Assembly (NCBI GenBank): GCA_963760795.1
Contig: CAVXEP010000010.1
Span: 62,113-126,112 of the forward strand
Reading direction: 5' to 3'
Source: an uncultured delta proteobacterium
Lineage (GTDB): Bacteria; Desulfobacterota; Binatia; UBA9968
Length of the DNA stretch: 64,000 bases
Below, one piece after another: positions 30,211-40,220 of this stretch; the first letter of the stretch is position 1, and each line of letters opens with the position of its first letter. The translations under genes and the position numbers were made by a program. The notes beneath the pieces were generated by a model. That model was not told the DNA's origin and ran no database searches. It saw only the letters and a program-made list of their open reading frames with translations.

Positions 30211-30948
30211 TCAATTCTGGCCGAGACGTGCCATTGCCGCCTTGAGGCTCGCCCGCATACGCTCCAGAGAGTGGGTAAGCTCTCCGAATTCGTCGCGCGA
30301 CTCGGATTTTATGGGAACGTCGAGATCCCCCATGCTGATACGCTCGGCGACCTCGATCAAGCGCTTGAATGGACGTATTAACCGATTTGCCAGGAAAGCA
30401 GCGATGATGATCGCCATGACGAGCACAAAAGTTAGCGGAATCATAAGCAGCAAGAATCGATTGTGGATTTCGCGCTCAACGATATTTGACCACACTCCCA
30501 AACGGACCGCTCCTAACCGCCCCTCGAGAATCGGCCGGCGTATTTCAGTTACAGGCTTCCCTTCTAAGCTTATCTCACGTCGGCTGGTTTGACTCTGCTC
30601 ATCGTGACTAAGATTTTTTTGAATCTCCGGTGACAAAGAACGCAAACTGTTGGCGATAACATTCCCCTCACGGTTCTGAATAATAGCATACGCCACGCCG
30701 TCTAACTCCCCATACCTGGTAACGAGAGAATGAGGACCTAATGCATCCTTGCTCAAGACATATCCGGCGGCCGTATCTGCCATGCTAGTCGCAATCAATG
30801 AGGCTTGTTGTGCGTAGCTTTCTCTCAGTGCACGACCGAGCCAATAGTAAACGATGCTCGCGATAGTCAACCCGACAACAACGATCAAGATGATGAAATT
30901 CCTTCTGATCGATAGGATCAAACTCTCTCCTTGCGGGCCGAAATCCAC
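30211..30948 (-). CDS. Two-TM sensor-like protein ending in a HAMP domain, no kinase domain
   Basis: TM-periplasmic-TM layout, then IRPFKRLIEVAERISMGDLD…RDEFGELTHSLERMR; TAAGGA RBS. Confidence 0.8.
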   Translation of the reverse strand: MDFGPQGESLILSIRRNFIILIVVVGLTIASIVYYWLGRALRESYAQQASLIATSMADTAAGYVLSKDALGPHSLVTRYGELDGVAYAIIQNREGNVIANSLRSLSPEIQKNLSHDEQSQTSRREISLEGKPVTEIRRPILEGRLGAVRLGVWSNIVEREIHNRFLLLMIPLTFVLVMAIIIAAFLANRLIRPFKRLIEVAERISMGDLDVPIKSESRDEFGELTHSLERMRASLKAAMARLGQN

Positions 30949-30963
30949 CGCGGGTCCTTACTC

Positions 30964-32090
30964 TTAGATTGCGTTTGCGGCTTGACCATTCTTGTTAGCA
31001 AGACCGAAAACGGCGACCATTTTTTGCTGGAACTCTGCGCGTAGCACGTCGTCAAGTATTTCGGGGCTCACCAATTCAACGATCTTCGCAATGCGAGCCA
31101 CCGGCGGCGTTTCCAACCGGTCGTCAAGTGCGGTCAGATGACTTCCAAGGACAATCGGGCGCCATGGGTCCAACAGCATTTGTAAGTGCTTTGGCGACAA
31201 CATCCAATAATTGCGGCGTCGGGTCCTTTGCGGGCTTCGTTATCCCGGAGTCAATACTCGCAGTGGGGTTGATCTCCCCAGTGTTGGCTTCCTCCACAAG
31301 CCTTGCTGTTACAGCCGGGCTTGCCTTATCGGCGTGAGTTCGACGGCTGTCAATGTGATGCTCAAGTCCAGAGGGTCGTATGTGAGCGACTGGAACGGGA
31401 ACCTTGCGATCTCGACCGAGTAACCCTAAATGAATCTCCCTTGCGACTTCCTTTATGACATCGGCCGATACCCACTTCTCGGAATCCGCATAAGCAATCA
31501 GTAACGCATTGTCACAAATGATGTTGACCAACCGAGGAACTCCTTTGGAATAGAGCGCGATCTCTCGGATCGCATCTCGGGGAAAGAGATCGTTGCGGCC
31601 GTAGTCAATGGCCTTCAGACGGCATTCGATAAACGCTCCTATCTCGTCTTCCCGAAGCCCCTCGAGCCGCCATTTGAGAGTGATGCGTTGCTTCACCTGG
31701 CGCAGCTCAGGTCTGTCAGGTTTGATCTCCAGTTCGGGTTGGCCGGACAAGACAATTTGCAGCAGCTTCTCTCGCGGAGTCTCGAGGTTCGAGAGTAACC
31801 GAATATTCTCGAAAACATCGTCTCGTAAGTTATGCGCTTCGTCAATTAAGAGCGCGACCGTCGATCCTTGTCTCAACTGCGCCAGCAGAAACTTGTTGTG
31901 TGCCTGGATTTTCCCAAGCTGCCCTTGACCTTTAACTTGCAAATCGAGCTCGTCGCAAACATAACATAGGAGATCTTCAAATGGTAAGGTGGTGTTGTAG
32001 AAGAATACAAAGGGTACGGTGCCGTCTAATTCTCCCATCAGTTTTTGAAGAATAGTCGTTTTCCCGGTGCCGACTTCCCCGGTCAATAAC
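30964..32090 (-). pseudogene. ExeA/GspA-like AAA ATPase, 5'-truncated and frameshifted near 31150
   Basis: GEVGTGKTT, LIDEAHNL, LQIVLSGQPEL, SKGVPRLVNIICDNAL. The usual N-terminal PF-xx-TPD segment is missing. The tail continues in 30964..31203. Confidence 0.75.
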
Positions 32091-32123
32091 GTGCCGCTAG
32101 CAGACCGGGTGGTACAGCGGTGT

Positions 32124-33478
32124 TTAGAGCGGTATCACGTTTGCACCGGAGAAATTTTTGAACGCGTTTCAGCAATCTACCACAAGTGCGCTATGAGCTG
32201 CGACCATGGAATTATCAAAGGCGGGATGGTCGGTCAATATCACCACACAGTCCATCGATTGAAGTAGTGGTTGGGTTAACGGAACCGACGCTAGAGTTTC
32301 CTCGCCTATGGCAACAATCGGCACGTAGGGGTCCGAATATGCGACCGTTGCACCTTTTTCTATCAAAGCTCTTGCGACCTCGAGCGCCGGCGATTCCCTC
32401 GTATCGCTAACATCCCGCTTGTAGGCAATACCGAGAGCAAGGAGCCGAGAGCCATTTATGCTCTTCTTTCTCTTGTTAGGCAAGCGATTCGACTGACGGT
32501 AACTTTCGGCATCTGGCTGTTGACGACAGCGGCCATCTCGATCAGGCGCGGCTTAAAACCACGCATTCTAGCTTTCCATGTGAGATCGTCTGGATTAACC
32601 GGGAGGCAATGACCATCCAGACCAGGTCCGGGATAAAAAGGCATGAACCCAAACGGCTTGGTTTTGGCTGCGTCAATGACTTCCCAGACATTGATGCCGA
32701 ACTGGCGGCACATACGAGCCATTTCGTTGACTAAAGCAATATTGACACTCCGGAAAGTATTTTCTAAAAGCTTAACCATTTCCGCCGACTCAGAAGAAGA
32801 CACCGGAACAACGCTGTCAACAAACTGTTGGTAAAGAAACGTCGCCATGGCAGTGCAACGTGTAGTCAGGCCGCCGATGATTTTCGGAATGTTCCGTGTC
32901 GTATAAGTTTGATTGCCGGGATCGACTCTCTCGGGGGAAAATGCCAGAAAAAAATCTTCACCGGCCTTGAGGCCTGATTTCTCCAAAATAGGAAGCACGA
33001 TCTCTCGAGTGGTTCCCGGATAAATCATGCTCTCGATAACGATCAACTTTCCGGGAGTAAGATGATTGTGAACGGCTTCCACGGCAGCCACGATGTATGA
33101 GAGATCCGGATCTTTAGATTTTCTCAAAGGCGTGGGAACACATATGCTGATAGTGTCAACCGATTCTAACGCGGCGAATGACTGCGTTGCTCTCAGGGTC
33201 CGGTTAGTACCGGCGGAACGGAGATCGTTGCTTGTTACGTTTAAGACGTACGAGACGCCCGCGTTGACGGATTCAGCCCTACTGCCATCAATATCAATTC
33301 CGGTCACTCGAAACCCCTCGCGAGCCATTTCGATGGCCAGCGGCAATCCGACATACCCCAGGCCAATAACACCGAGCTTGGCGGAGCGATTGCGGATCTT
33401 GTCTTCTAAAACTATCCGTGGATTAGTCATTTTTGGATATTGTGGGTTGAAGTCGATTTGACTTCCTTTCCTTCGCAT
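32124..33478 (-). pseudogene. Nucleotide-sugar dehydrogenase (WbpA-like), with frameshift near 32480 and premature TGA at 32169
   Basis: GLGYVG, FSPERVDPG, GHCLP, AYKRDVSDTRESP. After the TGA the frame continues NAFKNFSGANVIPL, like its paralogue. Confidence 0.85.
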
Positions 33479-33546
33479 AGACCAACACCTCCTACTTTCC
33501 TCCTGATGACTCTAACTATCTTCACTCCGATGAGCCCCCGGTCGGA

Positions 33547-33729
33547 TTATCGTCGCACATATCTTTTACCCCAAACGGCGAGTCCTACGAGAACTGCCCC
33601 AAACATCACAACTTTGAGGGGCTCCGACTCTTTGAAAACGTAGAGAGTCATTGCCGCTCCTGCTATCAGCAGGACCAGAACCACAACGCTTGTAATGCTT
33701 TTTGATCGAGTACGCATGTTAGAATTCAT
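33547..33729 (-). CDS. Small two-TM hypothetical membrane protein
   Basis: GAGGT RBS, two hydrophobic helices and a basic tail. Confidence 0.5.
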   Translation of the reverse strand: MNSNMRTRSKSITSVVVLVLLIAGAAMTLYVFKESEPLKVVMFGAVLVGLAVWGKRYVRR

Positions 33730-33921
33730 AGCTACCTCACTGGTCGGAGTTGATAACAAATTAAGTGCGTTCAGCGGCAGGCATTGACAATTCAGGTGTT
33801 TTGTCGCGAACGGGTTCGGCCATGCAACGCGGCGCGATGAGCGATTTGGACAAAATCACGGGTAAGAATTGGCAGCAGGAAATGCTCCACGGACCGGCGG
33901 GAAAAGCGGCTTGATCAAGAC

Positions 33922-34122
33922 TTAGGCACGATGGGCGCTAATGCTCGAAGTGTTGTCTTGCTCATCGTGCGCTAAGTGCTCATCGACCGCCTCACGTATC
34001 AAATTTCTTACGGAGACGCAGCGAGTGACCGCAAGGTGTTTCAACTTTCGATGGATGTCTTGTTCGAGCCAGGTCGTCGTCGTGAACGACTTCCTTTTTG
34101 ATGGCTGTATTGTATCTGACAT
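33922..34122 (-). CDS. Ribbon-helix-helix (CopG-like) protein
   Basis: TTTTWLEQDIHRKLKHLAV…SVRNLIREAVDEHL pattern. Confidence 0.6.
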   Translation of the reverse strand: MSDTIQPSKRKSFTTTTWLEQDIHRKLKHLAVTRCVSVRNLIREAVDEHLAHDEQDNTSSISAHRA

Positions 34123-34390
34123 GGGCTATATCAGCCCGGCAGGCTCGTACGAGCGTTTTATGACCGTAATTGTTCGGAGTGTGTATTTGTCGGGTCGTTT
34201 TTGTTGGGGTGGCGATTGATTGAGTTCAAAAAAAACATACCTAATCACAACTCAACGCATCGAAATGTTTCCCAAGATCAGAAGATAGGGCTGTTATTTC
34301 ATACGAAAACGATGAAGGGTTTTTCAGTCAACCGGTCCAAAACTTCCTAAAAACTTTACAATTACGCCATGTTATCAGCAGAGTAGCGAC

Positions 34391-34405
34391 TGGCACACGA
34401 CTTGC
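34391..34405 (+). promoter_or_regulatory. Sigma54 -24/-12 promoter
   Basis: TGGCAC-ACGAC-TTGC, an exact consensus about 145 bp upstream of the ATG at 34550. Confidence 0.8.
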
Positions 34406-34549
34406 CTCGACGCAGAATCGATTTACTCAAAATAGAAAAACGGCCTAACCCTTAGCTCTCAAGCACGAGCATCTGAAGCTTTAGCAGAGTCGGTTCTAAC
34501 GTAGCCTATATAGGCGTCGTACGTTTCGATGCAGGGAAAAGGAGTACGC

Positions 34550-36179
34550 ATGAGGAATAATCTCATCAAAAATTGCATTAAATTGTCTCTGTTGGTTCTC
34601 GCAATGGTGGTTTTGGCTAGCGAAGCGCAATCCGGTCAACTTCAGCTAACTTGGACAGACAATTCAACCAACGAAGACGGTTTCAAGATTGAGCGCAAAA
34701 CCGGCACGACGGGAACCTACGCCCAGATTGCCACCTTAGGCGCGAACGTGACCTCTTACACCAACTCCGCACTGGTGGACGGGACTATATATTGTTTTCA
34801 GGTGCGCGCTTATAATGCCGCGGGTAATTCAACCTATACTCCAGAAGCTTGTGGCACGACCGCAGCCACCGTACCCACTTTCACAATAACAGTTGCTAAG
34901 GCAGGCACAGGAACTGGAACCGTAACTGCCACAGGCATCAACTGCGGGGCGGATTGCTCTGAAGCTTTTCAGCGGTAGTCGCGTCAACTCACCGCTGCGG
35001 CCAGCGCCGGCTCCACATTCTCCGGTTGGAGCGGTGGCGGTTGTAGCGGCACTGGTACTTGTACCGTTAACTCTGACCGCCAACACCACGGTCACTGCGA
35101 CCTTCGCGACTCAACCGGTCAAACTTTCACGCTTACTGGTTACTAAGGCAGGCACAGGGACTGGAACCGTAACAGCTACAGGCATCAACTGCGGGGCGGA
35201 TTGCTCTGAAGCTTTGTCAGCGGTAACCGCGTAACTGACCGCTGCGGCCAGCGCCGGCTCCACATTCTCAGGTTGGAGCGGTGGCGGTTGTAGCGGCACT
35301 GGTACATGTACCGTGAATCTCACCACCAACACCACCGTCACCGCGAACTTTCAATTGCAAAACAACCCCAATCAGCTAGCAACCAAAATTGGCATATTCC
35401 GGCCAAGCACGGGCGAATTTTTCCTAGACACCGATGGCAATGGTAAATGGGACGATCCAACTGACACACATATCACCTCGTTTCCCCATATTGCCGGCGA
35501 TCTTCCTGTCGTTTGGAACACTGACGGAGCCAGCGGTATCGGCACCTTCAACCCTGCATCGGGCACTTGGAAACTGGACACCAACGGCAACGATCAGTGG
35601 GACAATGCGTCAGACACTCTCGTCAACTCCTACGGCAAAACCGGAGACTGGCCGGTGATCCGCAAGATTTCCGGCGTTGGCAGTATCATTGGAACATTTA
35701 CACCGATGTCAGTTACCAGAACTAACGGTCGACGATCCATCAATCGAGGCCTGTGGAACTTTGATGTGAATGGCAACAGTACCATGGATAGTTGCTCGGT
35801 CGACGAGTGTGATACCTTTCGTTCCGATTCGGATAACTACAGCGCCGAACGCCCGGTCACTGGAGACTGGAACGGCACCGGGAGTGAGAATATTGGCCTG
35901 TTCGTCAACGGTTATTGGTATCTCGATCTCAACGGTAACGAGAAATGGGACGGGACCCGCGGCGGAGATAGACTCTTAACTTTCGGTCGCAGCGGTGATA
36001 TCCCGGTGGTCGGAGATTGGGACGGCACCGGAAAAACAGAGATTGGCGTATTCCGCCCAAGTACCAGAGAATGGTTCTTGGATTTGAATGGAAATGGTAA
36101 GCTAGATGCATGTAGCGTCGATGCTTGCGTCGCACCATTTGGTCAACTGGGAGACTTGCCGGTCGTGGGGAGATGGTAA
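34550..36179 (+). CDS. Secreted repeat protein: FN3-like domain, two InlB-B/Flg_new-like repeats and FG-GAP-like repeats; several frameshifts at 34970-35240
   Basis: Signal peptide; LTWTDNSTNEDGFKIER…VRAYNAAGNS; KAGTGTGTV…GINCGADCSE…FSGWSGGGCSGTGTC twice; GDIPVVGDWDGTG…IGVFRPST. Confidence 0.75.
34896..35351 (+). repeat. Two ~210-bp intragenic direct repeats
   Basis: 34896..35105 and 35143..35351 share long identical runs, e.g. ggcatcaactgcggggcggattgctctgaagcttt. Confidence 0.9.
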
Positions 36180-36214
36180 AAGATCTATAGGCAGATAATT
36201 AATTCGGCTGCGCA

Positions 36215-37450
36215 ATGAACTCGGAAACAATGGGAGTGCTCACGATGAATAGTGAAATAATAGTTTCGGACACTGAAATGAGCTACGGTCGATTGGTATC
36301 CATTTTATGCATTGGTGTGATCTGCTTTCTTCTGTTCAGTTCACGTTCATACGCTGCCGCCCCCCAAAGATCCGGCCAACCCTACGCGGAGTCGATTTGC
36401 AGCACGGACCAAAACGTCATCTTTTGCGAAGATTTCAACTACCCGCAAAATCTTTCCTACACGACTCAGTTCAGCATCGACTATAGCGACTGGATCAATC
36501 CCGGCTTTGTCGGCGGGGTGAGTAGGAATCAGGTTTATGGGTTCGGCCGTCAGATCAATCCGGTTGGTAGTTACCCCGCACAGCCTGCCGGGTCGCCGTC
36601 GGGAGGCTATGTCTGGGCCGCAAACTGGGACGCGACCAAGGGCATCATTGGCAACGGCAATTCTAACGGCAAGCTCCGCCTTCCCGGAGGAAGCTATGTC
36701 AACGGGCTATCACCCGCAACGGACTTCTATATTCGCTTTCAAGTTTACTGGACTTCCAACTGGGCGTGGCCGGGCGATCCAAAGACAGACAAGTATAATC
36801 ACAGCGCCTATCCCTGCGTCGACAATAAAATATTTTTCATCTATCCCCCGGAAGGATTAGACCAACCTACCAACGCCTCTTATGACGCCGGGCCGTTGAC
36901 CGGGTGTGGCGCTGCCTACGATCCTATCAATAATGCCCGGTTCGCCGATGCGCTCACTTTTCGAGTTGGAACTTCCAGTGACAACTATAAGTCATTTCCG
37001 ATGGATGTGGATGCGGGGAACAACCCCCAACACATGGAGTACGCTCCCTATCAGTCCCTGACGCTCCGCGATCCCAACGATCAGCCGATCCTCGGTAGGG
37101 TTTTTCGTTTCAACACCAACAGGTGGTACTCGCTGGAATTCCGCTACAAGCTAAGTAGCTCAGGGCAAAAAAACGGCACCATCGAAGCCTGGATCGACGG
37201 AACAAAAATATATTCCGCGTCCGACCTTGAGACCTGCGCGATCTCGCAACCCTACGGTGACTGCACCGGCTTGGGCGCTTTCATCTTGGTTGCCTACCAC
37301 AATTCGCAAGATGTAACCAAATGGAATGGCCAGCAGGTGATTGATAATCTTATTATATCGCGTTCGTATATTGGTCCGCCGGCCGTAGGCGGCGGTGGAA
37401 GCGTAGCGACGCCTCCCGCTGGACCTAGCGGGCTTTCAATTACGCCATAA
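36215..37450 (+). CDS. Secreted protein, ConA/LamG-like or polysaccharide-lyase-like beta-sandwich
   Basis: Signal peptide, VIFCEDF, FYIRFQVYW, WYSLEFRYKL…GTIEAWIDG, IDNLIISRSYIG. Confidence 0.6.
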   Translation: MNSETMGVLTMNSEIIVSDTEMSYGRLVSILCIGVICFLLFSSRSYAAAPQRSGQPYAESICSTDQNVIFCEDFNYPQNLSYTTQFSIDYSDWINPGFVGGVSRNQVYGFGRQINPVGSYPAQPAGSPSGGYVWAANWDATKGIIGNGNSNGKLRLPGGSYVNGLSPATDFYIRFQVYWTSNWAWPGDPKTDKYNHSAYPCVDNKIFFIYPPEGLDQPTNASYDAGPLTGCGAAYDPINNARFADALTFRVGTSSDNYKSFPMDVDAGNNPQHMEYAPYQSLTLRDPNDQPILGRVFRFNTNRWYSLEFRYKLSSSGQKNGTIEAWIDGTKIYSASDLETCAISQPYGDCTGLGAFILVAYHNSQDVTKWNGQQVIDNLIISRSYIGPPAVGGGGSVATPPAGPSGLSITP

Positions 37451-37622
37451 TCTTCATTTCCAGTGGCCTGTACCTCTTGTGCTGCCGCTAGAGCTGAAGC
37501 CAATAATTTCCAGTTTCCTATAGTGGACCAAGCGCAGGGTAGAATCCAATCACTTGAAGAACCGAGAATGAAACATCGCTGTCCGAGACTGTGGAGATCA
37601 CCAACGATGCCAGTAGTGGTTT

Positions 37623-38939
37623 TTAAACTTTTCTGTTCATAATAAACGATGGCTCGCCTTCCGTTTGAACGTATTGTACCCCTACAAGTGATCCTATAAA
37701 AAATATTTGTAGATATAACATTTCTATGTATTGCAAATCGCCAAACAACGCAGACACCGCAAAGCCCGCAACACCAGCTTGAGCACCGCGGGTTTGCATA
37801 TAGAGTCCCCTATAAGACACTTCTTTCAACTCCCCGCCGTTATAAGGTTTACACAGCAAATTACGCACCAGAAAAACCAAAAATATACCAATTCCAATGA
37901 GACCTGTTTCTGACAGCATCCCCGTGTATGTCCCATGCGGCATCCGTCTTTTTCCAAAAATAGTGTCAGCAACTTGGTCAGACTGCACAATTTTGGCATA
38001 ATCCAATGCACGCATTTCCTTAACATCCGAAAAATTATCGAGGCCAACTCCTGCAATTGGATGATCTTGCCACATCCGAATCGCAATTCGCCATAAATCC
38101 AGCCGACTGTTAGCTGAATTATCCCTTACCTCTTGTGGCAAGAATATTGAATTGATCCTTTCATACTGCGCCGCTGATACGAATGGCAGTATCAATAGCA
38201 TCGCAAAAATGAAAGTAACCACTAACCGAGCTCTGTATCTACTCCAAGTCACGAAAACAATTCCAGCAGAGATCAGCCCCAAGATGCCACCGCGAGATTG
38301 TGACGCAATAGTGCAAATGATCATCGCCAAAGCACAACCCCAAAAGACTAGTTTCCCCCGAATCGACATTTCTGGATCGAATGTTTTGCCAATCGCCAGC
38401 GGAGTCATCAAAGCCAATTGAGCGGCCAGTCCAACAGACCCTGCCGACCACAGGTCATCTAAACGTTCGTTCCCAGCCATTGACTGTAAAATTCCCCAAG
38501 CGCTAAGTAAGCCAAATGATCCGACAGCTACCCAAACATAGTTATTCAACTCCGATGACGTTCTAATCAATCTGCTGAACAGAAAACAAAATACAAATAT
38601 CTTAGTTACTTCCCATGTTTGAATGAAGCTCGATTCCTTGGACACTTCAGCCAGAATCGATACGATCACGAGCCACACAATAAACACGAGAAAACAAATA
38701 ACGTTTTTCTCTTGATGCGGATTACGTACAAACGTACGAACACTACGCGCATTGAGTAAAAAGCCCCCAAAAGCACAAAGCGTTGCTATCGAATGAAGGC
38801 GACTGAAAGTCTGTCCCCAAACTAAGTTTTCAGGTCTGAATATTATGATATTAATTAAAAATAAGAGTCCAAATCGAGGGTTGTATAAACCGAACAGAGC
38901 GGCTCCATAATAAAATAACGATAAAAGTTGAAAACGCAT
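37623..38939 (-). CDS. O-antigen ligase/Wzy-like membrane protein
   Basis: Multi-TM; SQSRGGILGL, RLDLWRIA…HPIAGVG, PHGTY…ETGLIG. Confidence 0.85.
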   Translation of the reverse strand: MRFQLLSLFYYGAALFGLYNPRFGLLFLINIIIFRPENLVWGQTFSRLHSIATLCAFGGFLLNARSVRTFVRNPHQEKNVICFLVFIVWLVIVSILAEVSKESSFIQTWEVTKIFVFCFLFSRLIRTSSELNNYVWVAVGSFGLLSAWGILQSMAGNERLDDLWSAGSVGLAAQLALMTPLAIGKTFDPEMSIRGKLVFWGCALAMIICTIASQSRGGILGLISAGIVFVTWSRYRARLVVTFIFAMLLILPFVSAAQYERINSIFLPQEVRDNSANSRLDLWRIAIRMWQDHPIAGVGLDNFSDVKEMRALDYAKIVQSDQVADTIFGKRRMPHGTYTGMLSETGLIGIGIFLVFLVRNLLCKPYNGGELKEVSYRGLYMQTRGAQAGVAGFAVSALFGDLQYIEMLYLQIFFIGSLVGVQYVQTEGEPSFIMNRKV

Positions 38940-38971
38940 CGATTCCGCTTAATGACTTAACTCTAGATCAA

Positions 38972-40159
38972 TCATCTCGCCCGTGTCATCAGATCTCGAT
39001 ACAGGTTTTGATAGCTATTTACCATTTTCTCCACTGGGAAACAGTCAACCGCACGAATTCGCCCTCGTTTGCCCAGATCACGTCGAAGCACCGGATTGTT
39101 GATTAACTGGATGGTCAGCGAAGCTAGTCCCCGGTCGTCGGCTGGTTCAAAGAAAAAACCTTCCCGCTTGTCAGAAATCACATCAACGGTTCCACCTACT
39201 TTCGTAGCCAAAACCGGTAACGCACAGGCCATTGCTTCTAGCACGGTATTACTAAATCCTTCGTAGAACGATGACTGAATATAGGCATCCATGCAGTTTA
39301 ATAATTCCGACACGCAATTACTGAACCCGAATAGTAGTACGTCAGCATTCAGTCCCAACATGCTAATCGTATTCTGTATCACAGCTCTTGCCGGCCCTTC
39401 TCCAACAATGAGCAGGAACGCTTTAAACCCTGAGTTTTTTATTCGATGGAATGCCTTTAAGATTACGTCATGATTTTTCACTCGGTCTAAGCGTGCAATG
39501 CTTCCTAGAATGAACCTATCGTTAGGTAAGCCGAATTTACTTCTGAGAGTCGTTCGGTCTTTTCGCGGCGAGAAATGATCAACGTCAACCCCATTGGCAA
39601 TGATTTGGATCATAGCCAAGGACAAATAGCTCTCGCGTGCAAGTTCAAGCTGCATTTGAGAATTTAAGGTAATGACGCGTTGATAAGAGCGGATAAATAT
39701 ACTTTGAACCAATTGGCGCCGAATGTCATTTGCACCCAATTCATCCATGGTTCTTCCATGAAAAGCGTAAACAGTAGCGGGTATACCAGCAAAACGCGCG
39801 CCGATCGCAGTTTCAAGCAGCGTGGGCCAACCTCGCGCATGAAGAATATCGATACCATGTTGCCGTGCCACACGGGCGATAACCCATGGCAAACGCCAAT
39901 CATTTCCACTTCTCTTGTGAAGCTCGATAAGAGAGCAATCGGGAGACCGTAGCAATTTCGAAAAAGAACCCGCTTCGGTCAGGCAGATTATTACGTGACG
40001 AAACTGTTGCTGATCCCCATGGTTGATGAGATTGACTATCCCACGTTCCATGCCCCCGTCGTTGAACGCGTAGATGATGTGACCAATCGTGAGCTTTTTA
40101 CCCGGTACGCTGTTGTTTGCAGTAGGGATAGACTTCGATTTCAACTGTCGGACCTCCAC
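38972..40159 (-). CDS. GT4 glycosyltransferase
   Basis: GGMERGIVNLIN, ARLDRVKNH, EGFSNTVLEAMAC. Confidence 0.9.
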   Translation of the reverse strand: MEVRQLKSKSIPTANNSVPGKKLTIGHIIYAFNDGGMERGIVNLINHGDQQQFRHVIICLTEAGSFSKLLRSPDCSLIELHKRSGNDWRLPWVIARVARQHGIDILHARGWPTLLETAIGARFAGIPATVYAFHGRTMDELGANDIRRQLVQSIFIRSYQRVITLNSQMQLELARESYLSLAMIQIIANGVDVDHFSPRKDRTTLRSKFGLPNDRFILGSIARLDRVKNHDVILKAFHRIKNSGFKAFLLIVGEGPARAVIQNTISMLGLNADVLLFGFSNCVSELLNCMDAYIQSSFYEGFSNTVLEAMACALPVLATKVGGTVDVISDKREGFFFEPADDRGLASLTIQLINNPVLRRDLGKRGRIRAVDCFPVEKMVNSYQNLYRDLMTRAR

Positions 40160-40220
40160 CCTTTAAACACTTGGATAATGGCAAAACGCCTCGACATTTA
40201 TGTCTGCACCAAGTCCGTTC

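Noticed and set aside
32169-32171. In-frame TGA as selenocysteine
   Set aside because: It aligns to Arg in the paralogue (VDSRN), so a CGA-to-TGA nonsense change is simpler, and the gene is also frameshifted.
24391-34400. Prophage, ICE or IS element after tRNA-Arg
   Set aside because: No integrase, transposase, phage gene, terminal inverted repeats or att duplication was recognised.
34550-37450. PEP-CTERM sorting signals on the secreted proteins
   Set aside because: Neither protein ends in PEP plus a TM helix plus a basic cluster.
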